A stretch of DNA of 64,000 nucleotides from the NCBI RefSeq assembly GCF_002113885.1, contig NW_018405598.1:1-64000 (forward strand). The letters are read 5' to 3'. Source of the DNA: Mizuhopecten yessoensis (taxonomy: Eukaryota). This document shows, piece by piece, positions 51,979-64,000 of this stretch. The position numbers and the translations under genes were made by a program. The notes beneath the pieces were generated by a model. It made no database searches, was not told where the DNA came from, and was given only the letters and a program-made list of their open reading frames with translations. Position 1 is the stretch's first letter. Each line of letters begins with the position of its first letter.

Positions 51979-52528
51979 GTTTTGGACTACTGGAAGTTGG
52001 GTGTGTTTCGGGAAGGAACGAAGTGAACATCATGATGAAGAACGCTGTAGATGTTATATTTGGAGGCCTCTCCTACTGGGCCGTAGGATTCGGTCTCAGT
52101 TTTGGGATGGATTATGGTTCGAACCCTTTCTGCGGTGTCGGTTCATTCTTCGTTGACTCGTCTGACGAACGCATGGGTCTTCTATTTGCCACGTTTGTTT
52201 TCCAGTTGTCATTCGCTACCACAGCAACAACCATAGTCTCTGGAGCTATGGCAGAGCGAACCAAAATGACGGCTTATATCCTGTTTTCGATAACGAACAC
52301 AGTGGTATACTGTATACCTGCGCATTGGGAATGGGCGACAAATGGGTTCCTGAGAACCATGGGATGTGTCGACATTGCAGGTTCCGGTGCTGTGCATCTC
52401 ACTGGTGGTATGTCTGCTATGGTGGCCGCCATCATTCTTAAACCCCGTTTGGGAAGATACGACAAAGGAACAGGTCAGAAAACGCCACCGAATCCAGTCA
52501 GTGCCCTCGTTGGCATGTTTATGCTTTG
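51979..52528 (+). CDS. amt: Ammonium transporter, coding exon 2
   Basis: GFGLLEVG...FQLSFATTATTIVSGAMAER...AHWEW...DIAGSGAVH (Amt signature with the first pore His). Acceptor TTTAAG, donor TG|GTAAGA. Confidence 0.96.
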
Positions 52529-54208
52529 GTAAGAGACCTTTGTTTTGCCTCGTCGTCTTTGCACATGTTTTATATATTTCGAGAGTAGCTTTTGTATATT
52601 TCCGTGATATTATTCATCGAACACTGTTGTTACTCTAAACAGAATCTATTTCATTATAATATATATAAGACATATGTTACAATAATGAAGGGAGGGAGGG
52701 GCTTATTACAACACTTAGCAGAAGTGTTTGTTTCGTGAGGTTAAAGAGACCAAGAATACGGTCAGGACAGCTTATCCGTAAAACACAACAGACTGCACTT
52801 ACAGATTCCAGGATAGCAAGCACCGTATGTGACACCCATATTTATCTGCTGCCAAATCGCCAGAGCGCGTGTTCATCACCAACGTAGAGCTAATACGCAA
52901 TGATGATATGAGAGTAGTTCTATGGTAGGTCTAAGTAGGGTAGAGATACACCATTAATTAGAAAGGAAGAAAAGGAAGAATAATGACCATGATGTTTTTT
53001 AAGTGAAAGTTCAATGAAATTTTTAAAAACCTTTCTTTTTTGTAGACATTTGATTCCATTGTTATCGACAAAACCTCCTCTACCTTAGTGATATTGATGT
53101 ATTTAATTTTTAGTTGTGTCATATATTAAATAATTTAAGATATAATTACTGTTAATGAACAAAATGGTACAGGTGTCACACGATAATCGACTAACAACCC
53201 TTGAAACTATTAAAGGGTTTTGAAGTTAAATATATTTTTACATAATTAGTGTATGCTCCATCTTTATTTTTTCAAAGATAGCCATTTAACTGTGTGATAT
53301 TACAATCTAACATTTGTTAATTAATCTTGGGTGTTGTACGTTATACAAGAGGCGCTGCTATATAATATAACAGAGGTAAACATCAATAGATCAATCGCCA
53401 TTTGTGTCTGTTCTTCATAAAACAATATCAAATAATGCATTTGAAGTCTGATGCTGCATTTTTGTATTTAAATGCCTTGATAAATTGCGTGACATTCGTT
53501 ATTTGATATACTTAAACGCAAGCATACTTTGATGGTTCTTTATTCCATTTTGTGTGCTCAACACTAACAAGTGTATGAACTTTATCACTGCACGCAACGG
53601 AATCGCCTCGTCTTTTAGCAATCATCCCCTTACTTAGCCTATCAGAGATCAATCACTCTAAGCCCTAACAAGGTAATAACAGCATTGGGCACGTGACGGG
53701 AAACATTAGAAAACTACGTCAAAACTGTGAAAAAAACCGGGATAGTCACTTAAAATATGTACGATGCCTGACACCGGTAGAACCAACGTGTGTATATACA
53801 GACATGACGGCATTGACCGCGTTATCTGTTTTGCAGCTAATTTATATTTGATGTTGCATTTCATTTGTGTTTCCAGAGATGAAATGTTCTTTTACTCGTT
53901 CTTAGCTTTTCTCACTTAAGCGTTAACCATTATCCAGACGTTTTAAGTCTGTTTTCTGTACACACAAAACAAATCTTATAAATAGGTGTTCAGTTGTTTA
54001 TTTTGTCTCTGTACATAAAAACAACTTATAGATAGATGTTTAGTTGTGTTTTCTGTATACAATGACAACGTATCTGAAGGTGTCCAGTGGTGTATTTAAA
54101 AGTAAGGCAGTAACCATCCCAAATCTACTAGACTCTCTATTGTTAATTAAACAGGCAGAGACACTGTAATGCTTGTTAGATGTGTATGTTTAACACGCTC
54201 TGATTCAG

Positions 54209-54280
54209 GTGGGGTTGGCTGGCCTTTAATTGCGGTAGTACTTTTGGGATATCCGGTGGAAAATGGAAACTTGCAGCAAA
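54209..54280 (+). CDS. amt: Ammonium transporter, coding exon 3
   Basis: WGWLAFNCGSTFGISGGKWKLAA (W-x-x-F-N gate motif). Boundaries TTCAG| and |GTAAGT. Confidence 0.95.
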
Positions 54281-54815
54281 GTAAGTTAAATTAATAAAGT
54301 ATGAACATATAAAATATTTACATAGACACTCTTTAAAAAGCACAATGAGAATAAAATTAGGTCTTCCCGAAATGTACGCGTCGTGTGCTTGTTCGACGAA
54401 GGGAATCAAATGTAAAGTCACATTTTTAAATAGTGAATAGAAAGTGTGACAGCGAAGACGGTTATATTGTCAACAAATAAAGGAGATACTACAATTGAGT
54501 TCAAGGAAAAGATCACTTGTCAATGTGATCAATGATTTATTTCTTTATTTACATCTGTAGTTTAACTCATTAGAGCAAACGTCCTGTAAAGTGACTAGCG
54601 GTAATTTTGAAAATGAAATGGGACACTATTTAATTTATGTATAATAAACATCGCGTCTTGCATTTCTCAAAAACACTAGGAATGCAACGGTACAATGCAT
54701 TTTATTCCTCGGTGACTCCGAACTATAACGTCTAAATGTAACGGTGCCTCTCACTTAACATACGGTATGTTTTTTGTTTCAATACGAGGACAATCTTTAA
54801 TGTCCATGTTATTTC

Positions 54816-54956
54816 AGTATACTAGGAAATGTTCGCCTTTCGCCGCTAAAATCAGTATACGCCCAGTTGTAAATTCGCTGTAACGATTATGGCAGCATTT
54901 CTGAGCGCGAAAAAGGCTAAAACTAAACTGCAGTGAAAAATGTCCCGGTATCCAGT
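54816..54956. mobile_element. Possible degenerate MITE
   Basis: Imperfect inverted ends (CAGTATACTAGGAAATGTTCGCC ... GTGAAAAATGTCCCGGTATCCAGT) with internal TTCGCC/GCGAAA motifs. Confidence 0.35.
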
Positions 54957-55186
54957 TTCTGTTTTACATGAACAATCTTTGAAGGTTAAAATTAACAGTG
55001 TGCACACCATAATCTTTTTTTATTATTATCTTTTTTGTTTTGTACGTTAATGGTTGAATAGATGTAAGGGGCTTCATACGTATTCTAAATGAACATAGAA
55101 TGGCTGTGCAGATTTATTACATCCTTACCACAATGGGAATGGGTAGCCAAAGTATAGTTTAATCCCTATATTGTTTTTTATTACAG

Positions 55187-55246
55187 ATCAGCCGTCACAA
55201 CACTTATTGGATCTATGGGAGGAGGTGCCACCGGCGTCATTATATC
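55187..55246 (+). CDS. amt: Ammonium transporter, coding exon 4
   Basis: SAVTTLIGSMGGGATGVII. Boundaries TTACAG| and |GTAAGC, phase 2-2. Confidence 0.92.
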
Positions 55247-55609
55247 GTAAGCCTGACAACCCTCGATCAGGATTATAATCAACCATCATTCAATATACCT
55301 CACATTTGTGTTCTTTCACAAATGATCGGGAATCTTTGTCATAAATAGTGAGAAGTATTTAAAATAAGGAATAATGGTCAAGTAATAACAATCACGGGTT
55401 AATAGGCAACTTACATAAGATTGACAAAGATGTTAATTTCATAACTGACAATTCTTGACCTCATCTTGTACTCATTTCGGTATATCAACATTAATCATTT
55501 AAATCTTAAATAGTACGATCGAATGTGATAGCAAAACACAAAGCTTGTGCAGTAATAAATAATTAACACTTAATAGTGTTCATGTCGCCTTTGTTTTCGC
55601 TGTGATCAG

Positions 55610-55683
55610 GTACATCATCAGCCGGAAGTACGCCGTCGACTACCTGGTGAACTGTGTACTCTGTGCTCTAGTGTCCATCACAG
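55610..55683 (+). CDS. amt: Ammonium transporter, coding exon 5
   Basis: YIISRKYAVDYLVNCVLCALVSIT (equivalent of NG-L-GLV-IT). Boundaries ATCAG| and |GTAAGT. Confidence 0.92.
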
Positions 55684-56739
55684 GTAAGTAGCCGTGATTG
55701 GTAGGATAGCACAGTACAATGGCTATAGCATGTAACCCAGATACACAGGATAGTCTCTTAGTGCAAAAAGATTTGAAAAACGTTACTTATATAAACCAGC
55801 GTGGCGCGGTAAGGTACACGACTGATATCATATATCAAACAACAATTGTCAAACTGGTGGTACTTAACAGCTGTCCGTACAGGATCAGCGCTGTTAAAAC
55901 GGTTCAATTGTTTGATAATATCGTATTGATTTAGATACACTTTTAATGACATAAGGTGTGTCCTCTTAACATTGAGACAATTACGGCATAGCAGCGTATC
56001 GTGCTTGAGCTTAATGACTTTGTTGAGGATTGAACGTCAGAAAGCTAACATTTTCCTTCTTAAAAGAAATTTCATGGATAATTGTCAAAGGTGTTGGTAG
56101 TCATTTTTTTAAAGTCTGGTATACCAGAAAGTTATAGATATGAATTAATGTGTGACCCCTGAAAAAAGATGGTAGGACAAGACGAGGTGAACCGCAATGT
56201 GAAGCGCCTAGTGTTTCATCAATGACACTGATTCAGATTACTTTCAATTGAATGCCATGGCCCTTAAGTTGTCGTTATAGCAGCTGTAACGTTGGATACT
56301 GCTTAACCTCCTTTCAAGTTGGCTGTTATATCAATTAAACCATCATACACGATACATACACTCATTTAAAATCATTATTAATTTTGATAAATATAAAAAA
56401 AAAATTGGGATGACAATAGTTCTTTCAATGAAAAAAAACACATAAATATCGAACAGCTTTCGAATGCATTCATAGTCAATATAAATTCCAAGTGGAAGGT
56501 GACAATTCAACATTAAGCGCTTAAATGACAGAGCGCCAATAGCATTGCGCAACGCCGTTGGCATATTTCGACGTGTTCCTAATTTTCGGTCCAGCAATCC
56601 TACAGGTGTTCGATACAACTATGAAACGAATATAGCAGGGCAAGTCTTCAGTGTTACTATACTACTAAGGAAAGGGAAATAGAGTTCCTTTGTTACGGAA
56701 CTAAGGAGAGAGGTAACATGTATGATAAATATGTTGTAG

Positions 56740-56888
56740 CCGGCTGTGCCGTGATCAGACCGTGGGAAGCCCTCCTCATTGGAGCTATAGGAGGAGTCAT
56801 TTGTATCGGTTCGACCAAACTCATGGACAAAATGAGGATCGATGATCCTGTGGGAGCGACTGCCGTACACGGGGCAGGTGGAATATGG
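56740..56888 (+). CDS. amt: Ammonium transporter, coding exon 6
   Basis: GCAVIRPWEALLIG...IDDPVGATAVHGAGGIW (second pore His). Boundaries TTGTAG| and |GTAATA. Confidence 0.95.
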
Positions 56889-57780
56889 GTAATAAAACAC
56901 CCCCAGAAACATACTCTTAGTAAAATAAGACCAATGGTCAGGGATAGTATAATATTAATTATGCCAGTAGGAGGACATACAAAATGTACAAGAGGTGTAT
57001 TTGAAAATATAAAGTGCATCACAAATTGTTTTAAAATTTAAATCAGATTAATCTGTGAGGAATACGGCCATTTTAAAGTTTTTTTGCACATTCTGGGCCA
57101 AGGAAGACATGTTGTATTTCTAATTTCTCTGGTTATCTAGCATGTACTGGAAAAATCTAGATAGCATTTTCTGTGTAATTCGGAAACTAAATGTTCTTAT
57201 ACAATTTGTTGGGATCATAATCCTACCTGTTTGTACTTCAATGAACAGAGTAGTAACATGTATCAGTGCATATACTAATATTGAAACTACATATGTGGAA
57301 CTTCAGACAAGTAGTAAAAGCAGTTACATTTCAGCATCAGCTAATACCTACATTGGTGTTTTGTTATCAATTACATATCAGTTGTCATTTGCTAGCAGTC
57401 AACATTATAGTAGCCATGCTTTTCTGTTGTCTGTGTGCTGCACTTGCGTGGTTCAGCTATCCAGGTAGCATATATGGATTCGTGCCGTCTGGGATTAGGA
57501 TGTCCATTCTCTCCTCAGTCTCTGATGACTTATCATATCGAAATCCTTCTTTGTGTATTGAAGATTTAGTATTAATATATTATCATTTAGGGATCAACAT
57601 CATACTGTAACATAAATAAATACTGTTAACTTGCCAAATATTCATATTTACCGGTAGTGTCCTCTCCTGAAACGACGTGACATTCACTTTGTTTTAAAGG
57701 AAAATAAAACATGATTACAAAAGATCATTAGAAAAATACCCGGATGTACCATAAATTGTATAAATCATTGTAATGTTAAG

Positions 57781-57948
57781 GGCATGCTAGCAGTCGGCTT
57801 GTTTGCCGAGAATGAACCGTTGGAGAATACAACCCAAGGACGGGCTGGAGTGTTTCACGGGGGAGGTTTCTACTTGATGGGAATACAAATGCTCTCGATT
57901 GTTTGTCTAGTAGCGTGGAGTGCAGTGACCTCATTTCTACTACTTATG
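57781..57948 (+). CDS. amt: Ammonium transporter, coding exon 7
   Basis: GMLAVGLFA...GVFHGGGFYLMGIQ...FLLLM. Boundaries GTTAAG| and |GTAAGA, phase 0-0. Confidence 0.93.
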
Positions 57949-58163
57949 GTAAGACATAGTTCACGTATTTCTGTTAAACACCTGGAACCTTTGTATTTAT
58001 TATGTTTTACAGTCGGGATTCCTTTCAATATACTAACGTTACTTTATGGGAATTTGTTAAAGCTGAACTAATGAAAGCCCAATTATGTAATATCGTGATT
58101 GTACACCTTGAATTACTTATTTACACATTTCATCATTGCTATCAGTCAACACTGTCATTACAG

Positions 58164-58514
58164 GTTATCAAGTACACAGTGGGCCTTCGTCTGAGTGAGG
58201 AGGAGGAGCGTCTTGGTGCGGACATCGTCGAACACAACATTGGTGCGGATATGTATGGAGGTCAGTTCCTTGGTAGACCGGACAGTGTCTGTGCACTGGG
58301 TCGACGAGACACGCTTCTGCCATGTAACCAGGTCCCTAATGGCGAAACAACAGCCGGCGACACCAACGACTCCACGAGACGCCGGGACTCTGTTGCTTCC
58401 AGAAAGTTAAAGACCGTGTCTCCCGGGCCGGTTCAACAGCAACGCAGACCGCTTCGACGGCAGGACAAAGTAGTGCCTGATAGTATACCAGGCCAGTGTA
58501 TTCTGTACCAGTAA
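58164..58514 (+). CDS. amt: Ammonium transporter, terminal coding exon 8
   Basis: VIKYTVGLRLSEEEERLGADIVEH is the conserved Amt C-terminal motif, followed by a cytoplasmic tail to TAA. The eight exons sum to 1563 nt = 520 aa. AATAAA at 58593. Confidence 0.92.
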   Translation, partial: VIKYTVGLRLSEEEERLGADIVEHNIGADMYGGQFLGRPDSVCALGRRDTLLPCNQVPNGETTAGDTNDSTRRRDSVASRKLKTVSPGPVQQQRRPLRRQDKVVPDSIPGQCILYQ

Positions 58515-58910
58515 GCGTCAGCCAGTCTTTGCACAAGTACCAGGCCATGTTTAGCGTTTAGAGATTTCTAAGTCATCGAATTTCATATCATTAATAAAAC
58601 AACGTTCCAGTATCGTATGGATTAATGACTGTCAGTTGTGAACTTAGTCAACAGTTTTCCTAACGTTGTTTTGTGAATGATAGCTCACTGATACAAATAG
58701 AATGGTCATTTCTTAATAAAATTGTCTCATTTTATGAAGAATTGATCGTTTTCAGAGAACATGACAACGTTTTACACAACCAGTCACGAATCTCACGTGT
58801 CTAATGTAACATTACGTTTGTACATTCTCATAGATGACGTTTTCCGAAGTTGGTCCCGCGTCTCTTTGTTTTTGCCAATAGAACTGTCTATCAAGAACGA
58901 TGAATGTTAT

Positions 58911-59258
58911 TCAGGGCCACACAGTAGTCTGAGAGGTCAATCAACGCAATGATGTCATCAGGGCGACACGGTAGTTTGAGAGGTCCATCAACGCAATGAT
59001 GTCATCAGGGCGACACGGTAGTCTGAGAGGTCCATCAACGCAATGATGTCATCAGGGCGACACGGTAATCTGAGAGGTCCATCAACGCAATGATGTCATC
59101 AGGGCGACATGGTAGTCTGAGAGGTCAATCAACGCAATGATGTCATCAGGGCCACACGGTAGTTTGAGAGGTCCATCAATGCAATGATGTCATCAGGGCC
59201 ACACAGTAGTCTGAGAGGTCCATCAACGCAATGATGTCATCAGGGCGACACGGTAGTT
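58911..59258. repeat. 47-bp minisatellite x~7.4
   Basis: TCAGGGCGACACGGTAGTCTGAGAGGTCCATCAACGCAATGATGTCA recurs. Confidence 0.95.
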
Positions 59259-60524
59259 TCAACAGCAAATGAACACACTATAATATCATACAGACCAACA
59301 TGGTAATCTGAACGGCCCATCAACATAAGAATGTCATGCAAGATCACAAAATAAACAATGGGCGTGGCAATAGACTCTAGAAGTAGCAAATATTATAGGA
59401 AATGGACAGATAAAGATTCTTATTGTCGCAAAGGTCGCGGCAAACCAGTTAATGGCTTTTTCCCAAGGGACACGGAGATAACCACCAGAGACTAATTAGG
59501 ACTGACATAAGTCGACTCGTTAGATACAGCGACGGTATACAGGAAGACAAATAGTTTATCTTTATCACAATAAGAGTGTTGTCGGTATCAACTGTTCTCT
59601 CCCAGCTCTAGAGCATCTATATTTTGCTTTAAAATGTTGTAATTTTCTAGTGACAGTGTTTTTAACCGTGTCGAAACAATATATACCTTGAAACAGGTCA
59701 TTCATTGAATCGTACTACAAATTCACATAACAAGTCGTTCCTTGAATCTGTTTAAAACCCATGTACATTATAACAAGTCATACCTTGATTCATATTAAGA
59801 AGATATTCTCCGTCGGCGTAACAACAACATTCATTACTACAATTTTCGTCCTATCTTATGTCGTACTAGTATATACAGGAATACTTTCCTGCCTTCTGTT
59901 ATTGATCTGGAACGCCTTTCTTTACAGATTATTTCAGGTTAAACACAGATATATTAAATTTGAAAGTGCGCAAGATGTATAAAGAAGAATCACAATAATG
60001 CAACAGGAGTTTCATCTTAATAATAAATAATAAACAGATTTGCTTATTTAATTTGTTGTTTGCAAAACATCCATTGTGAATCAAATAAAAACAGAATAAA
60101 CAAAGCCTCAAATGTTATTTATCATCAAAGTCACGGTTTTTATTATACGTTATTTATTAATCAGTGTTGTCGTTTTAGGAAACGTTTAAATGATTTGATT
60201 TTGAGCAGCAGCAAGCCTATCTCACGAATACATTATGATAATATTCTGTCAATTGTGTCAGTAATCCAGGAATCTCAAATAGACATCAAATGTAATATTT
60301 CTCATATAAATGTCAGTAATAATACACATACTATCTTGCGTCTGTAGGCGTAGACGTAAGACTGTAAAAATGTACTTGTCGACATAAGTGTAATGTACTT
60401 ACACAATAGCGATATAAAGCCGTATAGACATAATGAGTACATTGTGTAAAATTGTATTCAACCATTACACATTACTCTGGCATGAATACTAATAAAACAC
60501 GTGATAAAGTCACTAGAGTATCCA

Positions 60525-61170
60525 AGGAAACCAGGCAATCACCACCACCGCTAAGACAACCAAACCATCACGAGCAACCCTAGAAAACCAAGCCATTACA
60601 AACATTGTAGAGAGAACCAAGCCACCACGAGCAATCCTAAAAGAACCAAGCCATCGCGAGCATCCCCAAGATACCAAACCTTCACTAGCATCTCCAAAGG
60701 AGCCAAGCCGTCACGAGCATCCCCAAGGCAACCAAGCCATCACGCGCATCCCAATAGAAACCAAGCCATCATGAGCATTCCCAAGGCAAACGGCCTTCGC
60801 GAACATCTCCGAAGGAGCGAAGCCGACACGTGCATCCCCAAGGGAATCAAGCCTTCACGAGCATCCCCAATGCAACCAAGCCATCACAAGCGTTCCCTTG
60901 AGAGAAAAGGCATAACAAGCATCCCAAAGGGAACCAAGCCATCACAAGCACTCCCAAGGCAACCAAGCCTTCACGAGCATTCCCAAGAGAACCAAGTCAT
61001 CACGTGCATCCCCAAGGGAACCATGCCTTCACGAGCATCTCCAAGGGAACCAAGCCATCACGAGCATCCCCAAGGCAACCAAGCCTTCACGAGCATCCCC
61101 AAGAGAACCAAGCCATCACGTGCATCCCAAAGGTAACCATTCCTTCACGAGCATCCCAAAGGGACCCAAA
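60525..61170. repeat. Degenerate 30-bp minisatellite (GAGCATCCCCAAGGGAACCAAGCCATCAC-like) x~21
   Basis: Direct inspection. Gives 10-aa-periodic ORFs in several frames. Confidence 0.9.
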
Positions 61171-63211
61171 CAACAACGAGCTGGAGACCTTAACCAACAT
61201 GAGTATTCTCTTGAGGACCAAAAAGCTATCACAAGAACTCCTAAGAGCACAAAAACCAACATAGGTAACATAGAGAACACTGTTCCACGTCACAAGCTGA
61301 TCTGGACATTCCTCTTTTAATTTAAATTGCTGTTTTGACATCCATGATTGCTCTACCGAGATAAAGGGAGTAACAAATTATTTTAAGGGATGGGATAAGA
61401 TATTAAATGCAAAGAAAACTAAACAAGTATGCTTCTTTTCTTCTAGATCAAGACAAATATTAGGGTTGAGTAACAGCGTATTATGTTCGTAAACACCAGA
61501 AGCCTTTATATAAGCATTAGTAAAATCTCTGTGTGACGATGCTTTGATATCATTTCTTGCCTTTTATACGAGTACATTTCACGATGTTTTTGTTTTGTAT
61601 GATGCAATATACTTTCGTTCCTTTTTCCGGCCATACCGGTTGTTTCATTAAATAAAGCTGATATTGAAATAAATCTAAAAAAGATGTGAGAGAAAATGTA
61701 TTGCAGTTCTATTTTCAAAAATATATTGATGATGATTTTTGCCGTATACCTCGCGTTGCGTTTTAACTATAGTGCACCTCTTTTAATACATACCTTAAAA
61801 ATATACATCGAACTATTTTAGCAGGTTTTTGAAATTTTGTTTAATTGGAAGAGAAAGGTCAAAAAGGCGACCCAAATCATCTATTTTGTTAAGATTGTAC
61901 ATACATATATAACATACACCAAGATTGTATTGTTATATCCTGAGAAGCCACATCCTCGTTAAGGCTGTATACGTGACCTCTAACAACGCGACACATTCGA
62001 CCTTGTAAACGGACACGGCAACCCTTGTCAAACCGGATGTTATACCGGAGGCTGGAAAGGAGATTCAGATTTTAAACTTAAGGGTCAGCAGTTATAATCG
62101 TGACATATATGGACTACTTTCCAGTTTGGATAACACATCACACATCGTTGTCTACTACGTATACTTAAAGACACTGAAATAGAGTTAAGCATACAGTTTA
62201 TTGTTAGGGTTCACAAATTTAAATAACCTTTCCCGAGTTTCTAGTTTCCATGTTCTTGATATTTACTCTAAATATTGAAGTAATATACATGAAAGCCAAT
62301 ACATTATAATAGTAAGTTGTAATTCTGTTGATTAATACAATCAAAAATGAAAAAAATAACATCTTTGACGGTCAAGAAGTTAATTCCATTCAAAGAACCT
62401 GGACTGAAATAGTATTTCAATCGGAGAACAGCAGTTTGTTCGCAGTGTATTAAACTAAAACTCCATTCATAGAACCAGGTAGAATACGGCAAATGATATG
62501 TCATATACCTGCTCCCAAGTGAAGATAACTCTGCAATACGCAAAGACGGAATTCAGAAGGAAGGACTGGAGCACGACTAACTGTGACGTTGATATAAGAA
62601 ATAGCAACAATTGTTAAGCAATGTAAATAAATGTTCATCCCTTCCAACATAAAGGACATTATCGGCACTATAGTGATCGTTTCGAGTAGTACCTGAGGAG
62701 AAACGGCTTCTGTCACCTACACAGCATCCCGAACTTGAGTTTGTTATACAGATTTTCCTTACGGAGATTGGCTACGCTGATTCTGGAATAGCTGTACCAC
62801 AGCGTCATCTTCCTCATCTTAATATTCTAGCGTGTATCTACAGTAAGACAATAACGGTCACGTCACTAACAAGGTATCTGATTAACTTGCAGACTTAAAT
62901 TTCATGACGATTAACTTTTTTTTCGCGTTAGTCACATCAATTCCTGCCATGCTGGTCATAGTTGACACGCACTTTCAGAGCATGTTCTAAGAATCATGAA
63001 CGTAAAACACGTACGGGTGATTATATCATTAAAGGATAAGTGTCTATAAGGCCCTATTTTGGGCCCCGGTATTTTCGGAATCTCACCTCTTTAATTTGTT
63101 TAAAGATGTCCTATTGCATTGCATGCGAAAAAACTAAGGAAAAAGTTTGTTCGAAAGTGAGTTTTTTGGGGTACCAAAAGGGGAAGATAAATCACAAAAA
63201 TAATTTCGTAC

Positions 63212-64000
63212 TTGACTTCCTGTCCTTGTATCAGTTGTGTGGGGACAAACCTATTTGACTTCCTGTCTTTGTATCAATTGTGTGGGGACAAACCTACTTG
63301 CCTTCCTGTCTTTGTACCAGTTGTGTGGGGACAATCCTATTTGACTTCCTGTATTTGTATCTGTTGTGTGGGGACAAACTTACTTGACTTCCTGTCCTTG
63401 TATCGGTTGTGTGGGGACAAACCCTATATGACTTCCTGTCTTTGTATCAGTTGTGTAGGGACAAACCTATTTAACTTCCTGTTTTTGTATCAGTTGTGTG
63501 GGGACAAACCTATATGACTTCCTGTCTTTGTATCAGTTGTGTAGAGATAAACCTACCTGACTTCCTATCTGTGTACCAGTTGTGTGGGGACAAACCTATT
63601 TGACTTCCTGTATTTGTATCAGTTGTGTGGGGACTAACCTATATGACTTCCTGTCTTTGTACCAGTTGTGTGGGGACAAACCTATATTACTTCCTGTCTT
63701 TGTATCAGTTGTGTATGGACAAACCTACTTAACTTCCTGTATTTGTATCAGTTGAGTGGGGACAAACCTACTTAACTTCCTGTCTTTGTATCAGTTGTGT
63801 AGAGATAAACCTACTTGACTTCCTATCTGTGTACCAGTTGTGTGGGGACAAATCAGTTGTGTATGGACAAACCTACTTAACTTCCTGGGGACAAACCTAT
63901 TTGACTTCCTGTATTTGTGTGTGGTTACAAACCGACTTAACTTCCTGTATTTGTATCAGTTGAGTGGGGACAAACCTACTTAACTTCCTGTCTTTGTATA
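63212..64000. repeat. 43-bp minisatellite (TTGACTTCCTGTCTTTGTATCAGTTGTGTGGGGACAAACCTAY) running off the window end
   Basis: Period of 43 (63212 to 63255), about 18 copies. Confidence 0.96.

Noticed and set aside
57490-57550. Hammerhead ribozyme (CTGATGA...GAAA)
   Set aside because: Stem II cannot pair and stem I is not supported.
60771-61320. Pro/Ser/Lys-rich ORFs
   Set aside because: The 30-bp repeat drifts between frames, and no consistent reading frame or splice sites were found.
62500-62845. Possible minus-strand exon(s)
   Set aside because: Plausible splice sites, but stops in the frames examined and no recognisable product.

Overview
AT-rich, intron-containing animal genomic DNA, most likely from a bivalve mollusc (inferred from the SINE and Helentron repeat types). 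It has an 888-nt N gap and three single-N positions. Two spliced + strand genes can be rebuilt by hand. The first is a 3-coding-exon, ~350-aa, low-complexity gene of unknown function (22219-25302). The second is an 8-coding-exon, 520-aa Amt/Mep ammonium transporter (43284-58514). Amt coding intron 1 holds a near full-length but disabled antisense DIRS1-type tyrosine-recombinase retrotransposon (gag, RT/RNase H, Dam-like methyltransferase domain, YR; ~45322-50219). About 90 bp beyond it is the most striking item: a 69-nt, frame-preserving, AG/GT-bounded exon (50310-50378) that is a diverged duplicate of the start of Amt exon 2. Its conserved residues differ mostly at synonymous sites, which suggests a selected alternative Amt isoform. 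The rest is tRNA-derived SINEs, a HINE-like element and many minisatellites. All calls were made by reading the sequence; no searches were run.
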